From Verrucomicrobiia bacterium (GTDB lineage: Bacteria; Verrucomicrobiota; Verrucomicrobiia; Limisphaerales; DASXHY01): DNA of 64,000 bases. Every line of letters starts with the position of its first letter. Position 1 is the first letter of the stretch. Of the stretch, positions 8,213-17,352 are shown piece after piece. The position numbers and the translations under genes are program-made. The stretch spans positions 1-64,000 of the forward strand of contig DATAZE010000049.1 of NCBI GenBank assembly GCA_036272195.1, in the 5' to 3' direction. The notes beneath the pieces were generated by a model. The model was not told where the DNA came from, searched no databases, and saw only the letters and a list, made by a program, of their open reading frames with translations.

Positions 8213-9625
8213 ATGGAAACCGCACCCACTCCCCCGCCATCCTCGGCTCCGCCGCCGATTATTGCGTCCGTTCCCAAAAAAACCAAAAAAAGTCGCAAGA
8301 CACTTTTCTTCATCATCGGCGGCCTGCTGCTTGTGGTGATAGTGGTGGTAGTGGTCATTTTGCGGGGAAGAAAACCGCCCATTATCGTTCAGACCGAAAA
8401 AGTGGCGCGGCGTAACATCACGGAAGTTGTCGTTGCGAACGGCAAAATCCAGCCGGTCACGGAAGTGATGATCAGTCCGGAAGTCGCCGGCGAAATCGTC
8501 GCGTTGCCGGTCAAGGAAGGCGACCACGTGAAGAAAGGCGACTTGTTGGTGCAAATCAAGCCGGACAATTATCAGGCCACTCGCGACTCCGCGGATGCCA
8601 ATTATCGTTCGGCGCTGGCCAACAAAAGCCTGGCACAGGCGCAATTGGACAAGGCCGAGGCGGAATACAAACGCAACCTCGAATTGTTCCAGCACAAGCT
8701 CGTTTCGGATTCGGTTTTTCTGGACATCAAAACCACCTACGAAGTGGCCAAACTGCAGCTTGAAACCGCATCGCACCAGGTCGACCAGGCCAAGTTCGGG
8801 CTCGACAACGCCAACGCCGATTTGAGCAAGACGACCATTCTTTCCCCGATTACCGGCACTGTCGTCCAGTTAAAATCACAACTCGGCGAGCGCGTGCTGG
8901 GCACGTCGTTCAACATGGGCACCGAAATCATGACGGTGGCCGACTTGAACGAAATGGAGGCGCAGGTGGACGTCGGCGAAATGGATGTGGTGCTGATGCA
9001 TCCCGATCAGAATGCGCGCCTGGAAGTGGATGCGTTCAAAGACCAGAAATTCAACGGCACCGTAACCGAAGTGGCGAATTCAGCGAAGGGTTTCAGCTCG
9101 AGCGCCACCGCGTTGGGCGGAGGCAGCAGCGCGACCGGAGACGCCACCAAGTTTGAGGTGCATATTCGAATCAAGGAAAAGGAACTGTTCCGCCCGGGCA
9201 TGTCAGTGACGGCGGAGATTGAAACGCGTTCGCGCACCAACGTAATGGTAGTGCCCATCGCGAGCGTGACGGCGCGGTTGCCCAAGCCCGCGAAGGATCT
9301 GGCAAAAACGAATTCACCAGCAGCGGGCACGAATGCCAGCGTGGCATCGTCGTCGACCACCACAAACGCGGTGAAGACGGACAAGAAAGCGAAAGAAGGA
9401 CCCAAGCAAATCGATGTCGTGTTTGTGGTGGAAGGCGATCATGTGAAGATGGTCCCCGTGAAAATCGGCATCAGCGACGACAATTACTGGGAGGTAACCG
9501 ATGGTTTGCAGGAGGGACAGGACGTGGTTTCGGGCGGTTATCACGCCATCAGTCACGATTTGGAGGACGGCAAAAAAATCACCAAGGGCCCGGCCCCGAT
9601 GGGCGGTGAGAAGAAAGAAATGTAG
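8213..9625 (+). CDS. macA: efflux RND/ABC-type periplasmic adaptor (membrane fusion protein, MacA-like)
   Basis: HlyD/MFP architecture: N-terminal TM, coiled-coil hairpin, beta-barrel motifs ([12 protein letters not shown]..., MVVPIASV). First gene of the macAB-ftsX operon. Confidence 0.8.
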   Translation: METAPTPPPSSAPPPIIASVPKKTKKSRKTLFFIIGGLLLVVIVVVVVILRGRKPPIIVQTEKVARRNITEVVVANGKIQPVTEVMISPEVAGEIVALPVKEGDHVKKGDLLVQIKPDNYQATRDSADANYRSALANKSLAQAQLDKAEAEYKRNLELFQHKLVSDSVFLDIKTTYEVAKLQLETASHQVDQAKFGLDNANADLSKTTILSPITGTVVQLKSQLGERVLGTSFNMGTEIMTVADLNEMEAQVDVGEMDVVLMHPDQNARLEVDAFKDQKFNGTVTEVANSAKGFSSSATALGGGSSATGDATKFEVHIRIKEKELFRPGMSVTAEIETRSRTNVMVVPIASVTARLPKPAKDLAKTNSPAAGTNASVASSSTTTNAVKTDKKAKEGPKQIDVVFVVEGDHVKMVPVKIGISDDNYWEVTDGLQEGQDVVSGGYHAISHDLEDGKKITKGPAPMGGEKKEM

Positions 9626-9675
9626 AGCCCGCCAACGCCGAAAATAGCGGCGGCCACAAATCGCCGCTACCAAAC

Positions 9676-10362
9676 ATGAGCCTCATTCGACTTCACAATA
9701 TTTCGCGCCGCTACCAAATGGGCACGGAAACAGTCCACGCGTTGCGCGAAGTTTCGCTGGAAATCCAGCGCGGCGAATACGTCGCCATCATGGGGCCGTC
9801 CGGCTCCGGCAAATCTACTTTGATGAATCTGCTCGGTTGCCTTGATACACCCACGGCTGGGCAATACGAACTCAACGGCATCCAGGTCAGCGAAATGGAT
9901 GACAACCGGCTCGCCGAAGTGCGGAACAAGGAAATCGGGTTTGTTTTTCAAACCTTCAACCTCCTGCCGCGTTCCGATGCATTGCGCAATGTGGAATTGC
10001 CGCTGATTTATTCCGGCATGCCCAGCGAAGAACGCCGCCGCATCGCGCTCGAAGCGCTGGCAAGCGTTGGTTTGGGCGATCGCATTCATCATCGGCCCAA
10101 CGAACTTTCCGGCGGCCAACGGCAGCGGGTGGCCGTGGCGCGCGCGCTGGTGAATCGGCCTTCGATTCTGCTCGCGGATGAACCGACCGGAAACCTCGAT
10201 TCAAAAACGGGCGAAGAAATGATGGCCTTGTTCGAGCAGCTTTGGAGCAAGGGAAACACAATCATCCTGGTCACTCACGAAGAGGACATCGCCCGGCATG
10301 CCAAGCGGGTCATTCGCATACGCGATGGATTGATTGCCAGCGATGAGCGGATGGATGGATAA
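9676..10362 (+). CDS. macB: ABC transporter ATP-binding protein (MacB/LolD family)
   Basis: Walker [10 protein letters not shown], signature [15 protein letters not shown], Walker [14 protein letters not shown]-loop. Confidence 0.9.
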   Translation: MSLIRLHNISRRYQMGTETVHALREVSLEIQRGEYVAIMGPSGSGKSTLMNLLGCLDTPTAGQYELNGIQVSEMDDNRLAEVRNKEIGFVFQTFNLLPRSDALRNVELPLIYSGMPSEERRRIALEALASVGLGDRIHHRPNELSGGQRQRVAVARALVNRPSILLADEPTGNLDSKTGEEMMALFEQLWSKGNTIILVTHEEDIARHAKRVIRIRDGLIASDERMDG

Positions 10363-10866
10363 ATGGATTGGTGGATTTTTGGATGAACGGTTGGGCGACA
10401 GCTCTCAAAACTGTTTGTTCTTATGGAGTATACAAAACGAAGGAATTTGAATCGAGGATATATGAAACTCGAAGCGTGGCAACGCGGTATGGATTTATTT
10501 GCCATGGCATATCGCATGTCTGGGCATGTTTCTGACTTCAAACTCAAATCGCAATCCAGGGACTCCGCTCAGTCAGTTTCTGCAAACATTGGGGAAGGCT
10601 ATGGCCGTCGTTCACTGCCCGAGTACCTGCAATTTCTCTACATCGCCAAAGGTTCACTTGCCGAAACGCTCACTCGCGCGATAGGGTTCCGTAGCGTCGA
10701 GACCCTGTCCAGCGACGACTTCGAAGAATTTGATAAGCTCCATTACGAAGTGGAAAATAAGCTTTTACGCCTCATCGAATCACTTGAATCCAAGCGCGAG
10801 AGGAATGACTGGCGCGACACATTGCCATCCAGCAATCCAAAAATCCAGCCATCCATTTATCCTTCC
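10353..10866. mobile_element. four-helix-bundle gene cassette bounded by ~38-bp imperfect inverted repeats (10353-10390 / 10829-10866)
   Basis: GGATGGATAAATGGATTGGTGGATTTTTGGATGAACGG vs reverse complement of right end GGAAGGATAAATGGATGGCTGGATTTTTGGATTGCTGG (~34/38). Left IR overlaps macB stop, right IR abuts ftsX start. Confidence 0.5.
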
Positions 10867-10872
10867 CGATGA
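10462..10872 (+). CDS. four helix bundle protein (TIGR02436 / 23S-rRNA intervening-sequence protein family)
   Basis: MKLEAWQRGMDL...ANIGEGYGRRS..EYLQFLYIAKGSLAE... is a strong family signature. GAGGA SD 6 nt upstream of ATG 10462. Confidence 0.85.
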   Translation: MKLEAWQRGMDLFAMAYRMSGHVSDFKLKSQSRDSAQSVSANIGEGYGRRSLPEYLQFLYIAKGSLAETLTRAIGFRSVETLSSDDFEEFDKLHYEVENKLLRLIESLESKRERNDWRDTLPSSNPKIQPSIYPSR

Positions 10873-12095
10873 ACTTCCTGACCGAGTTACGCGAAGGCCT
10901 GGCGATTTCCTGGAGCGCCATTCGCGCGAACCGGTTGCGCTCCGTGCTTGCCACCCTTGGCATCGTCATTGGGATTGTGACCGTCACACTGATGGGCACC
11001 GCTATCCAGGCGCTGAATCGCTCCTTCGAGAAAAGCATTTCGTTCATCGGCGGCGACGTCCTGTATGTGGATCGAGGCTCGTGGTTCATGCAATCCTACC
11101 AGGAATGGCGGGACTCGCAAAAGCGCCCGGCGCTCTCACTTTCGGAAGCGGATGGTTTGGCGGAACAACTCACACTTTCGAGCGCCGTGACTTCCGTGGC
11201 CTCCACCGATGAGCCGGTGAAATACAAAAAGCATAGCTCAGGAGGGGTTTCGATTGTTGGCACCACCGAGAATTTCATGTTCACCATGGGCTTTTCGATT
11301 GCTGAAGGCCGTTTTCTCTCCGGCCCGGAATGCGATTTCGGCCGACCCGTCTGTGTCATCGGAGCCACCGTGGCCACCAATTTGTTTCCGCACGAACCAC
11401 CGGTCGGGAACAAGGTGCTCATCGGCAATTTGCCGTTTCAAGTTGTGGGCGTGCTCGATAAACAGGGCGGGTTCGTCGATAAGAATGTCGATAACCAGGT
11501 GATGATTCCCATGCCTCAATATATTTCGCATTTCGACGATAGCCCCGACCTGCAAATTCAGGTGAAAGTGAAAGACATGGCGCAGGTGGATGAAGCCAAG
11601 GATGAATTGCGGCTGATCATGCGCCGCCTGCGTCGACTCGCGCCAAATGACCCGGACAATTTCGCCATCAATCAGCAGGACCAGATCCTCACCATGTTCC
11701 ACGCGGTCGCCGGGACTATTGGAGCCATCGGGCTTTTTGTCACCGGACTTTCGCTGTTCGTGGGCGGCATCGGCATCATGAATATCATGTTTGTGTCCGT
11801 GGCCGAACGAACGCGTGAAATCGGCATTCGCAAAGCCATCGGCGCGAAACGGCGAACAATCCTCCTCCAATTTTTAATTGAAGCCGCGAGCATTTGCCTT
11901 ATGGGCGGATTCATCGCATTGGCCATCGCGTGGCCGATGACGTTGTTGATGCAACGGATGATGCCGGCGGAGTTGTCGTTGAATGTGGCTGGTGTCGCGC
12001 TCGGCGTGGCGCTGGTGACGGGTGTGCTGGCGGGATTTTTTCCCGCGTGGCGGGCGGCAAGGATGAACCCGGTGGATGCACTTAGGAACGAATGA
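10869..12095 (+). CDS. ABC transporter permease, FtsX/MacB-like (4 TM + periplasmic domain)
   Basis: N-term LRSVLATLGIVIGIVTV, large periplasmic domain, C-terminal FtsX motif ERTREIGIRKAIGAKRRTI. Confidence 0.85.
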   Translation: MNFLTELREGLAISWSAIRANRLRSVLATLGIVIGIVTVTLMGTAIQALNRSFEKSISFIGGDVLYVDRGSWFMQSYQEWRDSQKRPALSLSEADGLAEQLTLSSAVTSVASTDEPVKYKKHSSGGVSIVGTTENFMFTMGFSIAEGRFLSGPECDFGRPVCVIGATVATNLFPHEPPVGNKVLIGNLPFQVVGVLDKQGGFVDKNVDNQVMIPMPQYISHFDDSPDLQIQVKVKDMAQVDEAKDELRLIMRRLRRLAPNDPDNFAINQQDQILTMFHAVAGTIGAIGLFVTGLSLFVGGIGIMNIMFVSVAERTREIGIRKAIGAKRRTILLQFLIEAASICLMGGFIALAIAWPMTLLMQRMMPAELSLNVAGVALGVALVTGVLAGFFPAWRAARMNPVDALRNE

Positions 12096-12103
12096 ACAAT
12101 CAT

Positions 12104-12653
12104 GGTGGGGCGAGACTCCGTCGAGCCCTATCTAATTATGAATCCGAACGATTCAAATATTGAAGTCGGCAGAAAAAATCCATCAACGGGCGTCCACGTT
12201 CATTTTGGAGAATCAACGATAGTGTTGTTGACTGTGACCACTGAAAACAGGATGCCTTGGCTGGCGAATCCGCTTGCCGACCGGCTTCTGCGAGAAACCT
12301 GGCAAGACGCGAGAGCGTGGCTGGTTGGCGACTACCTGTTAATGCCCGATCACCTTCATGCCTTTTGCGCACCCCAAGACTTTTCATTTTCAATTGAGCA
12401 ATGGATGACTTTTTGGAAGCGCGATTTTCGGCGACGACATGGCCGGGAGGATTGGCGCTTTCAATCTCGTGGCTGGCATCATCGCCTTCGCCATGGCGAA
12501 GACCACTCCACCAAGTGGCTTTACATTCAGGAAAATCCGGTTCGTAAAGGACTTGCGAACAGAATCGAGGATTGGCTGTACAAGGGATCAATTCATTACA
12601 TCAGATGGTAACTCGCAACAAAAGATCAGGGCTCGACGGAGTCTCGCCCCACC
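12104..12653. mobile_element. RAYT unit: REP-associated tyrosine transposase gene flanked by perfect 26-bp inverted repeats
   Basis: 12104-12129 GGTGGGGCGAGACTCCGTCGAGCCCT; 12628-12653 is its exact reverse complement. Each arm is itself an imperfect hairpin. Inserted between the two ftsX genes. Confidence 0.7.
12138..12611 (+). CDS. REP-associated tyrosine transposase (RAYT, IS200/IS605-like Y1 HUH transposase)
   Basis: HUH motif PDHLHAF, C-terminal catalytic Tyr region WLYIQENPVRKGL. Collinear with E. coli YafM/TnpA_REP (VLPEHMHCIW; YIYINPVKHGWV). Alternative start ATG 12102 overlapping the left IR. Confidence 0.8.
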   Translation: MNPNDSNIEVGRKNPSTGVHVHFGESTIVLLTVTTENRMPWLANPLADRLLRETWQDARAWLVGDYLLMPDHLHAFCAPQDFSFSIEQWMTFWKRDFRRRHGREDWRFQSRGWHHRLRHGEDHSTKWLYIQENPVRKGLANRIEDWLYKGSIHYIRW

Positions 12654-12697
12654 GTAGGGGGGCACTCCTTCTCGCCGAGCTAAACGAAAGCTTTCGC

Positions 12698-13906
12698 ATG
12701 GGCATGGGCGCTTTGGCGGCGCACAAGTTGCGTTCGGCGCTCACGCTGCTGGGCGTGCTCATCGGCGTGTTTTCCATCATCGTGGTGATGACCGCCATGC
12801 GCGTCTTGCAGCACAATGTCGAGGAGAACCTCAGCCAGATGGGCGCCCAGACTTTCATGGTCCGCAAGGCTCCAATGATTTTTTTCGACAGCCCGGACGG
12901 ATTTGAAAAATTCCGGCGGCGGAAAAATATCACCATGGCCCAGGTAAAACGGCTCGACGATAAAACAACCTTGCCGGCGAGCATCGGAATGGAAACGTCG
13001 TTTTGGGCGGGTGAAATGCAGACCCGCTACGGAAAAAGCGCCCCCGATGTGCCCGTCTTCGGCGAAACCCCCGGCAGTTTTCCCGCGCATAACTGGATCG
13101 TGCAGGACGGGCGCGCCTTATTGGAAATGGATGTGGACGGCATACGCGATGTTTGCGTGCTGGGCAACAAGCTTGCCGAAACTCTTTTCCCGCACAGCCC
13201 GGCGCTCGGCGAATGGTTAAAGATCGACGGCATCAATTATTTGATCATCGGCGTTCTTGAATCCCGCGGCGGCACGCTCGGCGGCAACCAGGATAATTTT
13301 GTCGTGATGCCCATCACCACCGGCTTGAACCGTTACGGACGCTATGGACGCAGCTTGAATGTGCTTGTGGAGGCGCGCGATGCGGCGAGTTACAACGCCA
13401 CGGAGGAGGAAGTGCGCGGCGCGTTGCGGGTCATCCGCAAGGTGCCGCCGGGAGAGGAGGACGACTTCGAGCTTTTTTCCAACGATTCGATGATCTCGCA
13501 GTTCAACGATTTCACGCGCGCAGTCCGCATCGGCGTGGCACTGGTCAGTTCGATCGCGCTGCTCGCCGCCGGGATCGGCATCATGAACATCATGCTCGTC
13601 TCCGTCACGGAGCGAACGCGCGAAATCGGCATCCGCCGCGCCGTGGGTGCGAAGAAGCGCAACATCATGGCACAATTCATCATGGAAGCGATCGTGTTGT
13701 GCGAGGTGGGCGGCGTGATCGGCGTGGGGTTGGGTATACTCGGAGGAAATGTCCTGGCACTGGTCTTGAAATTGCCGCCGGTGATCCCGGTGGATTGGGT
13801 GGTGCTGGGCCTGTTGATTTGCTCGGTGGTGGGAGTTGTGTTCGGGACTTATCCGGCGTTTAAAGCGGCGAATCTGGATCCGATTGAGTCATTGCGATAC
13901 GAATGA
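12698..13906 (+). CDS. ABC transporter permease, FtsX/MacB-like (second permease)
   Basis: KLRSALTLLGVLIGVFSII..., ERTREIGIRRAVGAKKRNI. The ORF-track start 12572 lies inside the RAYT gene. First ATG after the right IR is 12698; the native start may have been displaced by the insertion. Confidence 0.75.
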   Translation: MGMGALAAHKLRSALTLLGVLIGVFSIIVVMTAMRVLQHNVEENLSQMGAQTFMVRKAPMIFFDSPDGFEKFRRRKNITMAQVKRLDDKTTLPASIGMETSFWAGEMQTRYGKSAPDVPVFGETPGSFPAHNWIVQDGRALLEMDVDGIRDVCVLGNKLAETLFPHSPALGEWLKIDGINYLIIGVLESRGGTLGGNQDNFVVMPITTGLNRYGRYGRSLNVLVEARDAASYNATEEEVRGALRVIRKVPPGEEDDFELFSNDSMISQFNDFTRAVRIGVALVSSIALLAAGIGIMNIMLVSVTERTREIGIRRAVGAKKRNIMAQFIMEAIVLCEVGGVIGVGLGILGGNVLALVLKLPPVIPVDWVVLGLLICSVVGVVFGTYPAFKAANLDPIESLRYE

Positions 13907-13922
13907 ACGTTTTCCTGCGAAC

Positions 13923-13952
13923 GCTGACGTCCCGCCGGCGGGACGTCAGCGC
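13923..13952. terminator. perfect 30-bp palindrome (13-bp stem) between convergent genes, bidirectional terminator-like
   Basis: GCTGACGTCCCGCCGGCGGGACGTCAGC directly after ftsX2 stop (13906) and before the end of the minus-strand DUF1573 gene. Confidence 0.45.
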
Positions 13953-13980
13953 TCCCAGGATTGAAAGCCGTTCTCGGACG

Positions 13981-14508
13981 TTATTTCGAATCCGAAACAA
14001 TCGCTTTCACCTTCAGCCGCCGATTTCCTTGCGAGGTAAAAACAATGATCTCGTTCGTCACGACGTTACTGGTTTTTTTGGTTAAATCGATCGTGGCTTC
14101 GATTTTTCCAGAGGCGCCGGCGGTAAGAGTCCACGGTTTCGATGGCAGGCTCGCCACCGTGCAATCACAAGTGGTGCTCGTGTCGTAAATTACCACCGGG
14201 CCGGAAGAGACATTCGTCAGGTTGAACGTGAACGGCGCTTTCAACTCACCGGTTTTTGCGCGGTATTCCTTCGAAACTGTATCCCACACCAGGATATTCG
14301 GCACCATGCTGTCACCCGAATCCGGCGGCAGTGTGACCGGAGGTTGTGAGGGTTTATTGGTTTCGCTTGGTGATGGAATTATCGGAGTGATCGGAGTTGC
14401 CGGCACAGGCCGCTCCGGTTTTTGCCCGGAAATTTTGCAGCCACCCACCAGCGCCAGCGACAAGGCCGCGAGGAACGGAAAATAAATTGTGCGCGTGAAC
14501 GAAAACAT
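13981..14508 (-). CDS. DUF1573-domain lipoprotein
   Basis: Signal peptide + lipobox LALVGGC, Pro-rich linker, C-terminal DUF1573-like region with CDCT motif. Confidence 0.55.
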   Translation of the reverse strand: MFSFTRTIYFPFLAALSLALVGGCKISGQKPERPVPATPITPIIPSPSETNKPSQPPVTLPPDSGDSMVPNILVWDTVSKEYRAKTGELKAPFTFNLTNVSSGPVVIYDTSTTCDCTVASLPSKPWTLTAGASGKIEATIDLTKKTSNVVTNEIIVFTSQGNRRLKVKAIVSDSK

Positions 14509-14605
14509 CGTATCACTTGTACGTCATCCGGTTGTCACAAACAAGTTTCGGAATCGCCAAAAATTTGGAATTGCTGAATGACTTAGTGCGGGAGATTCTT
14601 GAGCC

Positions 14606-17272
14606 ATGAAATTCCTGGTGAACTTGCTCTGCGCCTCTCTTGTTTTAACGGCTGCAGCCGATGATTTTGATACCACCACCGCCACGGTGGGACATGTGGG
14701 AAATGCATTGGTAACACCGGTAAACCAGCTGGTCACGCCCGCGGGCACACAGATCGATCTGCCGGGCATGAGGCCGAACGCGCTCGCGCTCAGCCCCGAT
14801 GGAACACTGCTCTTAACCTCCGGTCTCACGCGCGAGTTACTTGTCCTTGACCCGGCCACAACTAAAATACTTCAGCACGTTGATTTACCCTCTGACAAAG
14901 CCTCGCCGGAAAACCTGCTCGACGCCCCAATTCTCGATCCGCAAGACAAGGCGAAGCTTAGTTTCACCGGGCTCGTTTTCTCGCCAGACGGTTCGCGTAT
15001 CTATTTGGCAAATGTGAACGGCGACATCAAAGTTTTTGGAGTCGCGAAAAATCTGCACGTCTCGCCGTTATTTTCCTTTCCGCTGCCGCTGGCCAATGCG
15101 CCGCATCGCAAGGAGGAAATTCCGGCAGGCATCGCGGTTTCGCGCGATGGCAAAAAAATTTATGTCGCGCTCAATCTCTCCAATCGCCTGGCGGAAATGG
15201 ACACAGCGACTGGTAAAGTGTTGCGGATTTGGGACGTGGGCGTGGCGCCGTTTGATGTCGCACTCGTGGGACACAAGGCTTACGTGAGCAACTGGGGCGG
15301 CCGCCGGACGGACGCGCACAGTTTCACCGGCCCTGCCGGCCGCGGCACGTTTGTGCGCGTGGATAACCGCTACATTGCGGATGAAGGCTCGGTGACGGTG
15401 ATTGATCTGGACGCGGGACCCGAGACTGCCGGCTGGGAACAGGAAATTCTCACTGGCGTCCGCGCGTGCGCCCTCGCGGTTTCGCCCAATGGCCGGTATC
15501 TCGTCGTCGCCAATGCGGGCAGCGATTCTTTGACCGTCATCGACACGCGCGAAGATAAAATCATCGAAACCATTTGCGCGCGGCAGGACCCCGGGGATTT
15601 GTTCGGCGCACAACCGAACGCGCTCGCCTTCGATAAACGCGGAAAAACACTCTATGCCTGCAACGGCTCGCAGAACGCCGTGGCCGTTTTCCAATTCAAC
15701 CCCGGCGAGTCAAAATTGCTCGGGTTGATTCCCGTGGGCTGGTTTCCGGGCGCGATTTGCTGCGACGCCCACCGTAACACGCTTTACGTCGCGAACATCA
15801 AGAGCATTGCCGAGACCAAACAAAAGCCCGGGCGCGGAATGGGAGCAGGTCTCGGTTTCAATACCCATCAATATTACGGCTCACTTTCGTTCGTCCCTTT
15901 GCCGTCCGGCAAAGAATTGGCGGCTTTCACACAGAAAGCCCTGGCGAATCTGCGTTACCCCCTGCTGGCTCAGGCCAAACTGCCCCCGCGCGAAGGCGTT
16001 CAGGCGCGGCCCGTGCCTGAACGCGTGGGTGAGCCGAGCGTGTTCAAGCATGTTATTTACATCATCAAGGAAAACCGCTCCTACGACCAGGTACTCGGCG
16101 ACGTGACGAATGGCAACGGCGACGCCGACCTGTGCATTTTTGGCGAGCACGTCACGCCAAATGAACACAAACTGGTGCGGGAATTCACGCTGCTGGACAA
16201 CACTTACTGCTCCAGCATCCTGAGCGCAGACGGCCACAATTGGACCGATACCGGACTCGCGACCGATTATCTCGAACGTTCCTTCGCCGGTTGGCCGCGG
16301 AGTTATCCCTCCGGTGGCGACGAGGAAAGCGTCGATGCCCTTGCTTATTCGCCCGCCGGTTTTATTTGGGACGACGCGCTCGCCCACGGGAAAACATTCC
16401 GCGATTATGGTGAATTCACCACCGGTCGCAGCCATTGGACGGATCTCACCCGCAAGAAACCCTTTCGGTTCCTCGATTCCTACCGCGATTCCATGAGCGG
16501 CTCGAATGCGATCACCTACATCTGCGAGCCGGAAGTCGAAACCCTGCGCCCTTACATTCGCGAGGATTATCCCAGTTGGAACCTGGATGTGCCGGACCAG
16601 TTGCGCGCGGCAAAATTTATTGAAGACCTGAAAAAGCACGACGAGGCCGGGACGTTTCCCGATTTCACCATTGTCTGGATGCCGAACGATCACACGAGCG
16701 GAACCAAACCCGGTTCGCCAAAACCCGAGGCGCAAGTGGCGGACAACGACCTCGCCGTCGGCAAGATCGTCGCCGCCGTGAGCCACAGTGCGTTTTGGAA
16801 GGACACCTGCATTTTTTGCATCGAAGACGACCCGCAAAACGGCTGGGACCATGTGAGCGGCTATCGCACGACGGCCTACGTCATCAGCCCCTACACCAAA
16901 CGCCACGCGGTGGTGAGCACGCAATACAATCAGACCAGCTTGCTGCGCACGATGGAACTCATCCTCGGCCTGCCGCCCATGAATCAATTCGATGCCACTG
17001 CCACGCCAATGTTTGATTGTTTTACGGATGCGCCGGACTTCGCGCCCTTCGATTCCGTCGCGAACAATGTGCAATTAGACGACATGAATCCGCCGGCGAG
17101 AAAAGTCTCCGACGCACAGTTACGCAAAGACGCTTACGTTTCAGCGCGGTTGCCGCTGACACTGGCGGATCAATGTCCGGAAGGCGTGCTGAATGAGATC
17201 CTCTGGCGTTCGGTGAAAGGCATGCAATCGCCCTATCCGAGTTGGGCGGTCAAAGTGGTGGACGACGATTGA
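14606..17272 (+). CDS. bifunctional YncE-like beta-propeller / phosphoesterase-family (PlcC/AcpA-like) protein, secreted
   Basis: N-terminal signal. Repeated YVTN-type propeller blades (ALSPDGTLL, YVANVNGD, VSPNGRYLVVAN...). C-terminal IYIIKENRSYDQVLGD = phosphoesterase (PF04185-like) signature. Confidence 0.7.
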   Translation: MKFLVNLLCASLVLTAAADDFDTTTATVGHVGNALVTPVNQLVTPAGTQIDLPGMRPNALALSPDGTLLLTSGLTRELLVLDPATTKILQHVDLPSDKASPENLLDAPILDPQDKAKLSFTGLVFSPDGSRIYLANVNGDIKVFGVAKNLHVSPLFSFPLPLANAPHRKEEIPAGIAVSRDGKKIYVALNLSNRLAEMDTATGKVLRIWDVGVAPFDVALVGHKAYVSNWGGRRTDAHSFTGPAGRGTFVRVDNRYIADEGSVTVIDLDAGPETAGWEQEILTGVRACALAVSPNGRYLVVANAGSDSLTVIDTREDKIIETICARQDPGDLFGAQPNALAFDKRGKTLYACNGSQNAVAVFQFNPGESKLLGLIPVGWFPGAICCDAHRNTLYVANIKSIAETKQKPGRGMGAGLGFNTHQYYGSLSFVPLPSGKELAAFTQKALANLRYPLLAQAKLPPREGVQARPVPERVGEPSVFKHVIYIIKENRSYDQVLGDVTNGNGDADLCIFGEHVTPNEHKLVREFTLLDNTYCSSILSADGHNWTDTGLATDYLERSFAGWPRSYPSGGDEESVDALAYSPAGFIWDDALAHGKTFRDYGEFTTGRSHWTDLTRKKPFRFLDSYRDSMSGSNAITYICEPEVETLRPYIREDYPSWNLDVPDQLRAAKFIEDLKKHDEAGTFPDFTIVWMPNDHTSGTKPGSPKPEAQVADNDLAVGKIVAAVSHSAFWKDTCIFCIEDDPQNGWDHVSGYRTTAYVISPYTKRHAVVSTQYNQTSLLRTMELILGLPPMNQFDATATPMFDCFTDAPDFAPFDSVANNVQLDDMNPPARKVSDAQLRKDAYVSARLPLTLADQCPEGVLNEILWRSVKGMQSPYPSWAVKVVDDD

Positions 17273-17274
17273 AA

Positions 17275-17340
17275 CAGAGCGCGGACTTCAGTCCGCGTGT
17301 CTCCATACAATTAATAACTCGCGGACTGAAGTCCGCGCTC
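17275..17340. terminator. 20-bp perfect inverted repeat (arms themselves palindromic) between convergent genes
   Basis: AGAGCGCGGACTTCAGTCCGCG ...23 nt... CGCGGACTGAAGTCCGCGCTC. Lies between the phosphoesterase stop (17272) and the SNF2 helicase stop (17353). Confidence 0.4.
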
Positions 17341-17352
17341 CATGTCGCGTAA

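Noticed and set aside
12572-12697. ORF-track start of the second ftsX permease at 12572
   Set aside because: That start lies inside the RAYT gene and right inverted repeat. Homology to permease 1 begins only after ~12690, so the start was moved to ATG 12698.
15881-17074. 397-aa minus-strand ORF
   Set aside because: Antisense to the phosphoesterase domain of the 14606-17272 gene; an Arg/Gly/Val-rich artefact.
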